A stretch of DNA of 29,074 nucleotides from Clostridia bacterium (lineage in GTDB: Bacteria; Bacillota; Clostridia; Christensenellales; UBA1242). The notes beneath the pieces were generated by a model, which searched no databases, was not told the DNA's origin, and worked only from the letters and a program-made list of their open reading frames with translations. The DNA is taken from positions 1 to 29,074 of the forward strand of contig JAZRDJ010000060.1 in NCBI GenBank assembly GCA_045660245.1. The letters run 5' to 3'. Of the stretch, positions 1-11,054 are shown in pieces. The stretch's first letter is position 1. Each line of letters begins with the position of its first letter. A program made the position numbers and the translations under genes.

Positions 1-155
1 TTTATTTGATTCAATGCATGATAGTCAGCAATGAAATAAAAACAATCCAACTCTGGATTCATGCTCATTTCAATTGCCGGCTTGATCGCCCCAAAGTAAT
101 TTCCTATGTGAGGAATACCAGTTGGCTTCACACCAGTCAGAACAACTTTGTTCAT
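1..155 (-). CDS. trpS: Tryptophan--tRNA ligase, 5' part (runs off the window edge; not in the ORF track)
   Basis: Manual translation from ATG 155: MNKVVLTGVKPTGIPHIGNYFGAIKPAIEM...FYFIADYHALNQI. Has the HIGH-type motif (TGxKPTGxPHIGNY) and ADYHAL; SD AAGGAG upstream. Confidence 0.93.
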   Translation of the reverse strand, partial: MNKVVLTGVKPTGIPHIGNYFGAIKPAIEMSMNPELDCFYFIADYHALNQI

Positions 156-169
156 AATTTTCTCCTTTT

Positions 170-1246
170 CTATTTGATTATCTTGTCAATAACGCCACCA
201 CCAAGGCAAATATCCCCGTCATATAATACAACATATTGCCCAAGTGTGATCGCTCTTTGCTTTTCATTGAATGAAACAACAACAGAATTGTCATCATTCA
301 CAACAACTCCAACACTTTGATCTGCTTGACGATATCTGAATTTTGCCGAACAAGCAAAACTTTTTGCCAGATCTGATCCAAACAACCAATTCATGTGATT
401 GCTCTCAAGTCCAGATGAATACAATTCTTCCCCATCACCTTGTGCGACGTACAAAATGTTTTCTTTTGGATCTTTCCCACACACAAACCAGCCCTCACCA
501 GTTTTTCCGTGTCCACCACCAATCCCAAGGCCTTTTCTTTGACCAATTGTATAAGAAATAATACCAGAATGACTTCCAACAATTTTTCCTGAACTAGTAT
601 CAATAATTTTTCCTGGTTTTTGTGGATAATTTTTTGCCATGAAATTCTTGAATTTTTCAGATCCCAAAAAACAAATATCATAACTGTCACGAGTTTCTGC
701 AGAAATCAAATTGTTTTCTTGCGCAATTTTTCGAACCTCTTCTTTCGTAAGTTCGCCTAGTGGAAACATTGCTTTTGACAACTGATCATTTGACAATTGA
801 CACAAAAAATATGATTGATCTTTTGCCTCATCGATTGCCTTTTTGAGAATATGTTTACCATCTTTATGTTCAATTCTTGCATAATGCCCTGTCGCAAAAT
901 AATCCGCACCAATTTGCTCTGCAAATTCCACAAAAGGCTTGAACTTCACTTCTCTGTTACAAACAACGCAAGGATTTGGTGTTCGCCCCATCTCATATTC
1001 ATTTATGAAGTAATCTTTCACAACTTGCATATTGTTCGAATAATCAACGACTTCACACCCAATACCCAATGATTTGCAAAGAGACCTCACTCTTTGCTCG
1101 TCTTGATCACGTGTTTCAACATTCTCACTCTTCATATGAAGACCAATGACATTATAGCCCTGCTTCAAAAGTAGCAACGCTGCAACGGAAGAATCAACTC
1201 CTCCGCTCATACCAACAACAACTGTGATCTTATTTTCTTTCTTCAT
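170..1246 (-). CDS. mnmA: tRNA 2-thiouridine(34) synthase MnmA, CxxC+C type
   Basis: PP-loop SGGVDS, TPNPCVVCN, ATGHYA, KDQSYFL, DSYDICF, FRYRQ and GQYVVLY motifs. Confidence 0.97.
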   Translation of the reverse strand: MKKENKITVVVGMSGGVDSSVAALLLLKQGYNVIGLHMKSENVETRDQDEQRVRSLCKSLGIGCEVVDYSNNMQVVKDYFINEYEMGRTPNPCVVCNREVKFKPFVEFAEQIGADYFATGHYARIEHKDGKHILKKAIDEAKDQSYFLCQLSNDQLSKAMFPLGELTKEEVRKIAQENNLISAETRDSYDICFLGSEKFKNFMAKNYPQKPGKIIDTSSGKIVGSHSGIISYTIGQRKGLGIGGGHGKTGEGWFVCGKDPKENILYVAQGDGEELYSSGLESNHMNWLFGSDLAKSFACSAKFRYRQADQSVGVVVNDDNSVVVSFNEKQRAITLGQYVVLYDGDICLGGGVIDKIIK

Positions 1247-1257
1247 AATATATAATT

Positions 1258-1285
1258 ATTTTAAACAAATTTTATTTAATGTCAA
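1258..1285 (-). promoter_or_regulatory. Putative sigmaA promoter for mnmA-trpS
   Basis: TTGACA (1285-1280)-N16-TAAAAT (1263-1258), ending 11 nt before the mnmA ATG. Confidence 0.5.
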
Positions 1286-2189
1286 TATACTTTTTGCCAA
1301 GTTTTGCTCTAGTTTCCGTGTTTAGTTTCTTAATAAATTGCATTTTTGTTATGTAATATTTGTATCTATTCATACAAATACAGGCAAAATCATATACCCA
1401 TAGCGAGAATACAACAAACCCAAGACCTCCACCAACAAAAATTCCCATGAGGTTATACAACACGTCAATTGAAACCACTGGAATCATAATTGCCCACATA
1501 ATGAGAATTGTCCAACCTTTCTTTCTGTTTCCGGCATAAAAGTTATGAGCACCCAACCAACCAAACAAAAGACAAAGAACAATCATTTTTCCCTTGCTCA
1601 CAAAATCGGGTTTTACCCTTGCGGCTTTATTGACTTCTTTCATGATCTTTCTACGTGCAAGAAGTTTGTCTGCCCATTTATAAATTTCCCACCATTTAAT
1701 TTTTTCTTCAGCGATTTCGCCACGTGCTTTTTTCACCGAATACTCTTCTTGATTTTCAAAGAAAGTCACATCTTTTGTTTCAATATCAAAAGTCCCCTCT
1801 TTGTCAACAGTGAACTCTGGTGTCTCGGATTTCTTTTTTTGTTTTGGCTTGTGCTTGTGTCTTTTTCTTTTGTTCTCAGTTTCTACATTGTCTTCAGCAT
1901 TTTCTTCACTTTGCAAATCCTGTGTGTTTTGCTCTTGCACATCTTCTTCTACATCTTCAAAAAACGCTTTTTCAAAATCTATTTCTTTTGCTTCTTCAAG
2001 TTTTCTCTTTTGCCTTTTTGAAATTTTCTTTGCTTTGACTTGACCATCAAGATCTGTTTCTTTTTGCTTTGGCAAAAATGTTGGATTACTCGAAAAATTC
2101 ATGTCAGAAACTGACATACCACAAGAAGAACACTCAGTGTCCTTTTTCTTTATCACATTCATACATTTCGGACAAAATTTGATTGCCAT
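1272..2189 (-). CDS. TM2/NINE-domain membrane protein with N-terminal zinc ribbon
   Basis: N-terminal CPKC...CSSC; charged linker; C-terminal SKGKMIVLCLLFGWLGAHNFYAGNRKKG (TM2 signature) followed by further TM helices; SD AGGAG. Confidence 0.8.
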   Translation of the reverse strand: MAIKFCPKCMNVIKKKDTECSSCGMSVSDMNFSSNPTFLPKQKETDLDGQVKAKKISKRQKRKLEEAKEIDFEKAFFEDVEEDVQEQNTQDLQSEENAEDNVETENKRKRHKHKPKQKKKSETPEFTVDKEGTFDIETKDVTFFENQEEYSVKKARGEIAEEKIKWWEIYKWADKLLARRKIMKEVNKAARVKPDFVSKGKMIVLCLLFGWLGAHNFYAGNRKKGWTILIMWAIMIPVVSIDVLYNLMGIFVGGGLGFVVFSLWVYDFACICMNRYKYYITKMQFIKKLNTETRAKLGKKYIDIK

Positions 2190-2214
2190 TTGTACTTTCT
2201 CCTAAACTGACAAA

Positions 2215-3345
2215 CTAATTTAATTTTTTAATATAGCAAGTTTTTCTTCTCACCAGTTCTCGATCAAACATATTGAGACTTTGAATTGCGGGAGTATTAT
2301 CCTCAAGTTGTGGACCAGTGTCAGCATACAAAATTCCACCACGCTCAATAATTCTCTTTTGCATATTTCTAATGATGAGCGCTGTTACTCCCATTTTTTG
2401 ATATTCAGGCTTTACTGCAATGAGCCCAAGTTCAATTGTTTTGGGATGTTTAATCGCATGCAACATATGCAAAAAGCCAAATGGAAGATATCGCCCCTTT
2501 GCTTTCTGAAGTGCTTTCGCAAGCGATGGGAAGCCAATACCAAATCCCGCAAGTTCATCATTTTTGTCAAAAATTAAACTTATGAAATCATTGTCAATGA
2601 CCAGCCTGAAAAGATCAATGGTTTGATCAACAAGTTTGTCATTGAATGGGATTGTCCCATAAAGATCTTTGTAACAATCATCAAGAAGTTTGAAAAATTG
2701 TTTGCCATAATTCTTCAAAATTTCATTTTTGTTTTTGAATTTCTTTTCATGAAAACCATAACGTTCTTCAACAATTTTTGAAACACGCTCAACTCTTTCA
2801 TCAATTTTTTCTGGGATCTCAAATCTCCACTCCACCCAGTTACAATCAGGTGCATAACCATAACTCTCGATAATGTCCTTGTAATATGGATAGTTGTATG
2901 ATCCAAGGAATGTTCCAATTGTGTCAAAACCTGAAACCATCAATCCTTCTTTTTCAAGATCATTGAACCCGAGTGGACCATGAATGGTGTCCATTCCTTT
3001 GCTTCGTGCCCAGTCTTCAGCCGCACGCAAAAGTGCATGACCTGCTTCAACATCATTTTCGACATCAAATCTTGAGAATCTTGCATTCTTTGCATTGTTC
3101 TTTTGATTGAACGCGTGAGAAATAATCCCCGCAATTCGACCAACAATTTTCCCGTCTCTGAGCGCCAAAAAGTACACAGCCTCACTTTCGTCAAAACTTG
3201 CATTTTTCTTTGGGTTGGTCAAATTGTACTCATCAAGTTCAAATGATGGTACATAGTACGGGTGATTTTTGTAAAGTTCCGCTGGAAACCTAACAAATTT
3301 TTTGAAATCTCTTTTGTTTTCTACTTTTCTTATCTCTAGCATCAT
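2215..3345 (-). CDS. GNAT-fold protein, YghO-like; start moved to MMLEIRKV (376 aa)
   Basis: Family-like blocks FPAELYKNHPYYVP, GKIVGRIAGII, GPLGFNDLEKEGLMVSGF, YNYPYY and a C-terminal GNAT motif A (LIAVKPEYQKMGV); SD GGAG before ATG 3345. Confidence 0.75.
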   Translation of the reverse strand: MMLEIRKVENKRDFKKFVRFPAELYKNHPYYVPSFELDEYNLTNPKKNASFDESEAVYFLALRDGKIVGRIAGIISHAFNQKNNAKNARFSRFDVENDVEAGHALLRAAEDWARSKGMDTIHGPLGFNDLEKEGLMVSGFDTIGTFLGSYNYPYYKDIIESYGYAPDCNWVEWRFEIPEKIDERVERVSKIVEERYGFHEKKFKNKNEILKNYGKQFFKLLDDCYKDLYGTIPFNDKLVDQTIDLFRLVIDNDFISLIFDKNDELAGFGIGFPSLAKALQKAKGRYLPFGFLHMLHAIKHPKTIELGLIAVKPEYQKMGVTALIIRNMQKRIIERGGILYADTGPQLEDNTPAIQSLNMFDRELVRRKTCYIKKLN

Positions 3346-3430
3346 TCTTCTCCATATGTAATAAATATATACTATATAGATACTTAAATGCAAGCAAATG
3401 AAATGGTTTTTTGTCAATATTGTCCTTTAT

Positions 3431-3459
3431 TCATAATTCATTTTTTTGAAAAATACGCT
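3431..3459 (+). promoter_or_regulatory. SigmaE-like (mother-cell) promoter for the spoVB-like gene
   Basis: TCATAAT (3431-3437)-N14-AATACGCT (3452-3459) resembles the B. subtilis sigmaE consensus (TCATATT...CATACGAT); spoVB is a known sigmaE target. Confidence 0.5.
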
Positions 3460-3497
3460 AGTACTGTAATAATTTTGATTTTTGAGGAGATACAAAA

Positions 3498-5018
3498 TTG
3501 AGCAAACTATTCAAGGCCGCTATAATTGTCACCACTTTTTCCGTGATCACACGAGCCATGGGTTTTGTGATGAAGATCGCATTATCAAGATATCTTGAAC
3601 CAACAACTCTCGGTGAATATCAAATTGCAATGAGTGTGTTTTCTGTCATGCTGACACTCATCGCAAGTGGACTACCACTCATTGTTTCAAGGCGAGTATC
3701 ATATCTCAAACAAGACAACCCAACACTTGCAAACAAAACATCATCTGCTGGCCTTTGCATATCATTATTTTTGTCAATTATCTTTTCTGGCATATTGTTT
3801 GTATTTAAAGATTTGCTATGTGAATTATTTTCAAGCAAAACCATAGGAAACATGGTTTTGTCTCTTACTCCAGCACTCATATTCTCAAGTATTTATTCAA
3901 TACTCCGCGCCGCGCTATGGGGGCAAAAAAGATTTTTTGCGATTAGTTTTTCTGAATTTTTTGAACAATTAATCCGCATTGTTGCACTGATTATTCTCTT
4001 TGCGGTTCCAATTGGTATTCAATCGGGAATCAAAGCGACATTTTCGCTTTCAGTTGCTTGCATTTTTTCGAGCATTCTTGTTGTTATCATGTACTTTCGT
4101 GCTGGAAACAAACTCGTTTCTCCAAAGGGCTACATTGTGCCAACAATTAAACAAAGTTCATCAATAACGCTTGCTCGAACAGTATCTTCAATCGTTACAA
4201 TGCTCATCTCCTTCATCATTCCACTCAGACTCACAACGTTTGGTTTTTCACACGAACAAGCCATGGCTGAATTTGGAATTGTCACTGGAATGGCACTACC
4301 TTTGATCACAATCCCTGGAACTTTCATTTCATCAATTGCTGTTGCCCTTGTTCCTGAAATATCATCACAAACAACAAACATTGACAAGGTCACCCCAAGA
4401 AACTCAATTGCTCTGAAAAATCAAATTGCTCTTGCAATCAATGTTGCACTTGTACTTTCATTCATGCTTGTCCCTGCTTTTTTTGCACTTGGGACTCCAA
4501 TTGCAGAAATCTTGTTCCACAACACCAGAGCCGGAACTTACATTTCGGCAGGTAGTTTTTTGATGATAACCATGGGCATCACACAAATCAGTTCTTCCAT
4601 TTTGAACGCAATCGGTCTTGAAATCAAAACTCTCAAGAATTATGCAATAGGAACTTCTGCACTACTTTGTGGAATTTTCATTTTGCCAAAATATATTGGA
4701 GCAATGAGCCTAGTTGTTTCCATGCTTGCCATGAATTTGATTGCAGGCATATTGAATCTCAACATGCTGAAAAAACGCAATCTCTTGAACTCAAATATAA
4801 TCAAAACTTGTCTTAAATTAATTTTCACGGTGGCTTTCTCCGGATTATTGACACTCTCAATCAGCACATTACTTTTAAAAACAATTCCAATATTCCTTGC
4901 CTCATTTGTTTCTGGCTGCTTGTCACTCATTTTCTTTTTCTTGCTTTGTAGCGTGCTCGGAATATTCAAAATTAAATCATTTTTTTCAAATAAATTATTC
5001 AGAAAAAATAAAAGTTAA
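3498..5018 (+). CDS. spoVB: SpoVB/MurJ-like polysaccharide or lipid II flippase (MOP superfamily)
   Basis: About 14 hydrophobic segments; N-terminal 'VITRAMGFVMKIALSR...LGEYQ'; 'SEFFEQLIRI'; 'FGIVTGMALPLITIPGTFISSIAVALVPEIS'; TTG start with SD GAGGAG. Confidence 0.8.
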   Translation: MSKLFKAAIIVTTFSVITRAMGFVMKIALSRYLEPTTLGEYQIAMSVFSVMLTLIASGLPLIVSRRVSYLKQDNPTLANKTSSAGLCISLFLSIIFSGILFVFKDLLCELFSSKTIGNMVLSLTPALIFSSIYSILRAALWGQKRFFAISFSEFFEQLIRIVALIILFAVPIGIQSGIKATFSLSVACIFSSILVVIMYFRAGNKLVSPKGYIVPTIKQSSSITLARTVSSIVTMLISFIIPLRLTTFGFSHEQAMAEFGIVTGMALPLITIPGTFISSIAVALVPEISSQTTNIDKVTPRNSIALKNQIALAINVALVLSFMLVPAFFALGTPIAEILFHNTRAGTYISAGSFLMITMGITQISSSILNAIGLEIKTLKNYAIGTSALLCGIFILPKYIGAMSLVVSMLAMNLIAGILNLNMLKKRNLLNSNIIKTCLKLIFTVAFSGLLTLSISTLLLKTIPIFLASFVSGCLSLIFFFLLCSVLGIFKIKSFFSNKLFRKNKS

Positions 5019-5026
5019 AACACCAA

Positions 5027-5425
5027 TCATAAAATATTTTCAAGTGAGATCGTGAAATCTTCGGAATAATGTTCAAGATAATCAATAATTCCCGAAAGTT
5101 CTGCAAGCGTTTCTGTTTTTTCAGACTCTTTGACATAAGACTCTATCCTTGAAAGAGAAATCTCAATATCTTTGAGCCCTGAATGCCAAATGAGACTTTT
5201 GAGAACTTTGAGTTTTCCGTGCCATTCTTCATGTAAATTCTGCACAAACAAAATATTTTCCTCACTATCAATCAAACTTTCTTCCGTGGTTTCAATTACT
5301 GATTTGTACTCTTTGAGTTTTCCTTCGAGAAAAAGAAACGAATTATTGATATAATTCGATTCAATAATACACCCCACAATCAAGATAGTTATGATTGACA
5401 AAATAATAATCCACTTTTTCACCAT
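5027..5425 (-). CDS. DUF4363-family small membrane-anchored protein
   Basis: N-terminal TM helix then a helical domain with 'W...LIWHSGLKDIEISLSR'; overlaps the DUF421 gene, the usual clostridial pairing; SD GGAGG. Confidence 0.7.
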   Translation of the reverse strand: MVKKWIIILSIITILIVGCIIESNYINNSFLFLEGKLKEYKSVIETTEESLIDSEENILFVQNLHEEWHGKLKVLKSLIWHSGLKDIEISLSRIESYVKESEKTETLAELSGIIDYLEHYSEDFTISLENIL

Positions 5426-6141
5426 CTATTACCTCCGTTATACTGAACATTGAAGGTCATATATTTTTTTGCATTCTTGGTTTGAATGAAAATCTTTCCT
5501 TCATTGTCGAGAGAAAGCAACAAAATCTCCTTGATTGTTTTTGCATTTGCTTTTTTTATACAATCAAAAATGAATGCATCATCAATTCCTGCAATTTTCA
5601 CATTATCATTCATGAGTTTTCCATCCATAATTATATTGATCGGAAGTGTGCTTTGAACGTCTTGAATCTTCATATCTTCTCTCGTAACAGGCATACTCAT
5701 CGCCTTTGGAATAATGCACATTTTCCCATTTGTTTCAATGATGGCATAAGCAATTTCATCAACAGCAAAAATATTGCAACCGCGCATTGATTCAATCAAA
5801 TCATCAAGCGTCATGTTGAGTTTCTTGAGTTCTTGATAATCAATACCAGATGGTGTCACAATAATTGCAGGCTTTCCTGAAATCAAATATCTGATTTTCA
5901 TACTCTTTCTTGATAAAAAACAAATGAAAAAATGCAGGACAAGAAGAGCAAGCATCGGAACAATTCCATGCACAAGTGGCACAGACAATTCAGACATAGG
6001 AATGCAAGCAAGGTCAGCAACAATCAAAGTTATCACAAACTCAAATGGTTGCATTTCCCCCACTTGTCTTTTACCCATCACACGAATAACAAACAAAATG
6101 AGCAGGTAAATAAGTATTGATCGAATCAACATTATCGTCAT
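5419..6141 (-). CDS. DUF421 (YetF/YrbG-family) membrane protein
   Basis: RVMGKRQVGEMQPFEFVITLIVADLA, ISGKPAIIV, AIIETNGKMCIIPK and IIMDGKL motifs. Confidence 0.9.
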   Translation of the reverse strand: MTIMLIRSILIYLLILFVIRVMGKRQVGEMQPFEFVITLIVADLACIPMSELSVPLVHGIVPMLALLVLHFFICFLSRKSMKIRYLISGKPAIIVTPSGIDYQELKKLNMTLDDLIESMRGCNIFAVDEIAYAIIETNGKMCIIPKAMSMPVTREDMKIQDVQSTLPINIIMDGKLMNDNVKIAGIDDAFIFDCIKKANAKTIKEILLLSLDNEGKIFIQTKNAKKYMTFNVQYNGGNRW

Positions 6142-6178
6142 GCTTTAATATTTTACATATATCGAATATTTATTCATA

Positions 6179-6222
6179 AAAAAGAAAAGACAACTTGTGA
6201 ATCAATGATCACAAATTGTCTT
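6179..6222 (-). terminator. Intrinsic terminator after uvrA
   Basis: Minus strand AAGACAATTTGTGA-8 nt-TCACAAGTTGTCTT (one U-G wobble) followed by a U-rich tail. Confidence 0.75.
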
Positions 6223-6249
6223 TATTTGTAATTTTAATTATTTTTAACA

Positions 6250-9066
6250 CTATTTTAACACATTTTTAAGTGCATTTCCAGTATAACTCTTTTTGCAATT
6301 CATCACTTCTTCTGGTGTTCCAGTGACAAGAATATTTCCGCCAGCCTCTCCACCTTCAGGGCCGATATCAATGATGTAATCCACAACTTTGATCACGTCA
6401 AGATTGTGTTCAATCACGAGCACTGTGTTGCCACTATTTGTTAGACGTTGCAAAATATTTACGAGTTTGTCAACATCATAAGTATGAAGACCAGTTGTTG
6501 GTTCGTCCAAAATATACATAGTCCTGCCAGTTGCCCTCTTTGAAAGTTCTGTTGCAAGTTTCACTCTTTGCGCTTCACCACCTGACAGTGTTGTCGCCGG
6601 TTGACCGAGTTTGATATAGCCCAAACCAACATCAAAGAGTGTTTGAATCTTGTTCTTTATGCTTGGGATATTTTCAAAGAATATCACAGCATCTTCAACC
6701 GTCATTTCAAGCACATCATTGATTGTTTTCCCCTTGTACTTCACATCCAAAGTTTCTCTGTTGTATCTCTTTCCATGACACTCTTCACAAGAGACATAAA
6801 CATCTGGCAAAAAGTGCATTTCAATTTTGAGCACACCATCACCACCGCAGGCTTCACACCTTCCGCCTTTGACATTGAAAGAAAACCTGCTTGCTGTATA
6901 CCCCTTCGCTTTTGCATCAGGAGTTGATGCAAAAAGTTCACGAATTGCGGTGAACACACCAGTATATGTTGCAGGATTGCTCCTTGGAGTTCTGCCAATT
7001 GGGCTTTGATCAATCACAACAATTTTGTCGAGTTCTTCAGCACCCAAAATCTCACCATACTTGCCCTCTTGTTCATTCATCTTCATGACTTTATTTGCAA
7101 GTGCAGGATACAAGACTTCATTCACCAAACTTGATTTTCCGCTTCCTGAAACACCAGTAACTGCGGTGAAGCATCCAAGTGGAATTTTTGCAGTTACATG
7201 CTTCAAGTTGTTTTGATAGGCATCGACAATTTCAATGAACTTTCCATCTTTTGCTATTCTTCTCTTTTGAGGGATCTTGATTTCTCTTTCTCCAGACAAA
7301 TACTTGCCAGTATAACTCTTTGGACAATTCATCACATCTTCAATCGTTCCACTCACAAGAACTTGTCCGCCATGTACACCAGCCTTTGGTCCAATGTCAA
7401 CAATCCAGTCAGCAGCACGCATTGTTTCCTCGTCATGCTCAACAACAACAATGGTGTTGCCAAGATCTCTCAAACCTTTGAGCGACTCAATGAGTTTCCC
7501 AGTATCTCTTGGGTGCAATCCAATGCTTGGTTCGTCCAAAATATAAAGCACGCCAACAAGACCACTACCAATTTGTGTCGCGAGTCTAATTCTTTGAGCC
7601 TCACCACCAGAAAGCGTTCCCGCTGATCTTGAAAGTGTAAGATATGAAAGCCCAACATTAAACAAGAATTCAAGCCTTGCTCTAATTTCCTTCATGATGC
7701 TTTGGCTGATTTTTTCGTCCTTGTTTGAAAGTTTCAAATTGTTCACAAAATCCAAAAGTTTCACTATTGAAAGATCTGAAACCTCTGCAATATTCTTGCC
7801 ACCAACGAGCACTGAAAGTGCTTCTTTTTTGAGCCTTTTGCCCTTGCAGGTTTGACACTCATGATGAATCATGAGTTTTTCAATTTCTGATTTCGCATAA
7901 TCACTTGTGGTTTCCCTGTGCCTTCGCTCAAGATTTGGTACAACTCCCTCCCATGAACTTTGGAATTCCCCAGAAAATTTTCTGGAAGCATAACGAACAT
8001 CGAGTTGTTCCCCATTGTTTCCCCACAAAATTATATCTTGAATATCCTTTGGCAAATCTCTGTATGGTGTATCGAGTGAAAAACCATACCTTTTCGACAA
8101 TGCTTTGTAATAAGAGTTTGCAAACCCGCTGTCCATGAATCCAACAACAGCAACTGCCCCATCATTCAGTGATCGATCTGGATATTTGATCACCTTTTCT
8201 GGGTCAACCTCAAGTTTCGATCCAATACCAAAACAATCAGGACAAGCGCCCACAGGCGTATTGAATGAAAACAACCTTGGTGAAATTTCGCCAAATGAAA
8301 AACCACACTTTGGACAAGCATGCTTTGTTGAATACAAATTGTCCACACCATCAACATTGATAATGATGAGCCCACCAGACAACCTTTCTGCTTGTTCCAC
8401 AGATTCCGCGAGTCTGCTGTCAATGCCATCTTTAATCACAATTCTGTCAATAACGGCAGATATCGTGTGTTTTTTGTTTTTCTCGAGAGCAATGCTTTCG
8501 TCAAGTTCACACACAACACCATCAATTTTTGCCCTCACGTAGCCATTTTTAATGAGTCCTTCAATGGTCTTTTTGTGTTCACCCTTTTCTCCCCTAATAA
8601 TCGGAGAGATAACCATAATTTTTGTCCCTTGTTTTTCAGCCATAACTTTTGACACAATGCTGTCAATTGTTGCAGAAGATATTTGCTCTTTGCAATGTGG
8701 ACAATGTGGCACACCAATGTGTGCAAACAAAAGTCTCAAATAATCATTAATTTCAGTCACCGTTCCAACAGTTGACCTTGGATTTGCACTCGTTGTTTTT
8801 TGGTCAATTGAAATTGCTGGAGAAAGCCCCACAATTGCATCAACATCTGGCTTTTGCATTTGCCCCAAAAATTGACGTACATAAGACGACAAAGACTCCA
8901 TATACCGCCGTTGCCCCTCAGCAAACAATGTGTCAAAAGCAAGAGAAGACTTTCCAGAACCAGAAAGTCCAGTGAACACAACAAGTTTATTTCGAGGAAA
9001 TTCCACTGAAACATTCTTGAGATTGTTCTCTTTTGCACCAACAATTTTTATATTTTCATGTTCCAT
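6250..9066 (-). CDS. uvrA: Excinuclease ABC subunit A
   Basis: Two ABC domains ([26 protein letters not shown] twice), zinc fingers, 938 aa; TAATG overlap with uvrB. Confidence 0.99.
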   Translation of the reverse strand: MEHENIKIVGAKENNLKNVSVEFPRNKLVVFTGLSGSGKSSLAFDTLFAEGQRRYMESLSSYVRQFLGQMQKPDVDAIVGLSPAISIDQKTTSANPRSTVGTVTEINDYLRLLFAHIGVPHCPHCKEQISSATIDSIVSKVMAEKQGTKIMVISPIIRGEKGEHKKTIEGLIKNGYVRAKIDGVVCELDESIALEKNKKHTISAVIDRIVIKDGIDSRLAESVEQAERLSGGLIIINVDGVDNLYSTKHACPKCGFSFGEISPRLFSFNTPVGACPDCFGIGSKLEVDPEKVIKYPDRSLNDGAVAVVGFMDSGFANSYYKALSKRYGFSLDTPYRDLPKDIQDIILWGNNGEQLDVRYASRKFSGEFQSSWEGVVPNLERRHRETTSDYAKSEIEKLMIHHECQTCKGKRLKKEALSVLVGGKNIAEVSDLSIVKLLDFVNNLKLSNKDEKISQSIMKEIRARLEFLFNVGLSYLTLSRSAGTLSGGEAQRIRLATQIGSGLVGVLYILDEPSIGLHPRDTGKLIESLKGLRDLGNTIVVVEHDEETMRAADWIVDIGPKAGVHGGQVLVSGTIEDVMNCPKSYTGKYLSGEREIKIPQKRRIAKDGKFIEIVDAYQNNLKHVTAKIPLGCFTAVTGVSGSGKSSLVNEVLYPALANKVMKMNEQEGKYGEILGAEELDKIVVIDQSPIGRTPRSNPATYTGVFTAIRELFASTPDAKAKGYTASRFSFNVKGGRCEACGGDGVLKIEMHFLPDVYVSCEECHGKRYNRETLDVKYKGKTINDVLEMTVEDAVIFFENIPSIKNKIQTLFDVGLGYIKLGQPATTLSGGEAQRVKLATELSKRATGRTMYILDEPTTGLHTYDVDKLVNILQRLTNSGNTVLVIEHNLDVIKVVDYIIDIGPEGGEAGGNILVTGTPEEVMNCKKSYTGNALKNVLK

Positions 9067-11048
9067 TATTTTTTCATCCTTTTTGTTTTCTCAAGACTAC
9101 TTTTAAGGTCGGCGATTGCATCTCGAAGTTCAATTGCCTTTTCAAAATCAAGCGACTTCACTGCAACATTCATGAGCGCAGTCAAATCCTCAATTTCTTT
9201 AATAATTTCCTTGTTCGTTTGTTTTTTATTTGATTGTGAAGCCTTGCTTGTAATTTTGAGAGTATCAACAATTCCTTTCACAATTGTTTTGGGCACAATC
9301 CCGTGTTTTTTGTTGTAATCATCTTGCTTTTTGCGCCTTCTGTTTGTTTCATCAATCGCCCTTTTCATCGAGTCAGTGATCGTGTCAGCATACATGATTA
9401 CTCTGCCCTCTGCATTTCTTGCAGCACGGCCAATCGTTTGAATGAGTGCACCCTCACTCCTCAAAAATCCTTCTTTGTCTGCGTCAAGAATTGCAACAAG
9501 TTTAACTTCCGGCAAATCCAATCCCTCACGCAAGAGGTTGATTCCAACAATAACGTCAGTTTCTCCAGCCCTGAGAGCATTGATAATTTTTGTTCGTTCC
9601 ATTGTCACAATTTCACTGTGAAGATAAGTCGTCTTTATTTTATGTTCAGACAAATATGCCGACAAATTTTCAGCCATCTTCTTGGTGAGCGTTGTAACCA
9701 GTGCTCTTCCTCCACTTTCAATAACTTTTCGGATCTCACTCATCAGATCGTCGACTTGACCTTTTATCGGTCTCACTTCAACCTCTGGATCCAAAAGCCC
9801 AGTTGGTCTGATGACGAGTTCTGCAATATTGTCCTCACGCTCCAGTTCATATGGACCAGGAGTTGCAGACACACACACCATTTGTCCCATTTTTGATTCC
9901 CATTCATGAAACATGAGTGGTCTGTTGTCATATGCCGATTTGAGCCTGAAACCATACTCCACAAGATTGTTTTTTCGTGCTCTATCCCCGTTGTACATAG
10001 CCCTGATCTGAGGGATCGTCATGTGGCTCTCGTCAATGAAGACAAGCATGTCGTCTGGAAAATAATCAAGAAGAGTGAATGGAGTATCCCCAGGCTTTCT
10101 TCCATCAAAATATCTCGAATAATTCTCAATGCCATTGGTATAACCCATTTCACGCATCATTTCAATGTCATAACTCGTTCTTTGCTTGAGTCTTGCAGCC
10201 TCAATGAGTTTTCCTCTGGCTTCAAGTTCCTTGACTTCTGCATCCATATCTTCTTCAATTTCTTGCAAGCAATTTTCTAGTTTTTCAGAGCCAACAGCGT
10301 AGTGACTGGCGGGATAAATTGCAATGTGTTCAAGATTATTCACAGCCTTTGAAGTCACAACTTCAATTTCTGCAATTCTGTCGATTTCATCGCCAAAGAA
10401 CTCCACACGCACAGCATACTCAGAACTTGATGCTGGGAAAATATCCACAATGTCTCCACGAACTCTAAATGTCCCGCGAACAAAATCAATGTCATTCCTT
10501 TTATATTGATTTGACACCAATTTTGCGATAAGTTCATCTCTTGAAATTTGCTGTCCAGGTCTCAATGATATTGCCATTTCGTGATATTCGGACGGTTCAC
10601 CCAATCCATAAATACAAGATACTGACGCAACAATGATCACATCTCGCCTTTCAAAAAGAGAGCAAGTCGCAGAATGCCTGAGTTTGTCTATCTCATCATT
10701 GATTGAAAGTTCCTTTTCAATATAAGTATCAGAAGAAACGATATATGCTTCTGGTTGATAATAGTCATAATACGAAACAAAATAATTCACCGAATTGTTT
10801 GGGAAAAGTTCTCTGAACTCATTGCAAAGTTGTGCCGCGAGTGTTTTGTTGTGTGCAATCACAAGCGTTGGCCTATTCATTTTTGCAATAATGTTTGCCA
10901 TGGTAAAAGTCTTACCGCTTCCGGTAACACCCAACATAATTTGTGTTCTCAAACCATCTTCAAGACCTTGAACCAGACTGTCAATTGCAGTTGGTTGATC
11001 ACCTGATGGCTTCATTTTTGAAACGAGTTCAAATTTCTTGTTTTCCAT
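9066..11048 (-). CDS. uvrB: Excinuclease ABC subunit B
   Basis: [57 protein letters not shown]; C-terminal UVR domain. Confidence 0.99.
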   Translation of the reverse strand: MENKKFELVSKMKPSGDQPTAIDSLVQGLEDGLRTQIMLGVTGSGKTFTMANIIAKMNRPTLVIAHNKTLAAQLCNEFRELFPNNSVNYFVSYYDYYQPEAYIVSSDTYIEKELSINDEIDKLRHSATCSLFERRDVIIVASVSCIYGLGEPSEYHEMAISLRPGQQISRDELIAKLVSNQYKRNDIDFVRGTFRVRGDIVDIFPASSSEYAVRVEFFGDEIDRIAEIEVVTSKAVNNLEHIAIYPASHYAVGSEKLENCLQEIEEDMDAEVKELEARGKLIEAARLKQRTSYDIEMMREMGYTNGIENYSRYFDGRKPGDTPFTLLDYFPDDMLVFIDESHMTIPQIRAMYNGDRARKNNLVEYGFRLKSAYDNRPLMFHEWESKMGQMVCVSATPGPYELEREDNIAELVIRPTGLLDPEVEVRPIKGQVDDLMSEIRKVIESGGRALVTTLTKKMAENLSAYLSEHKIKTTYLHSEIVTMERTKIINALRAGETDVIVGINLLREGLDLPEVKLVAILDADKEGFLRSEGALIQTIGRAARNAEGRVIMYADTITDSMKRAIDETNRRRKKQDDYNKKHGIVPKTIVKGIVDTLKITSKASQSNKKQTNKEIIKEIEDLTALMNVAVKSLDFEKAIELRDAIADLKSSLEKTKRMKK

Positions 11049-11054
11049 AATTGT

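Noticed and set aside
6-320. + strand 104-aa ORF from the track
   Set aside because: Antisense to trpS and mnmA, both with clear family motifs; no SD or recognisable domain.
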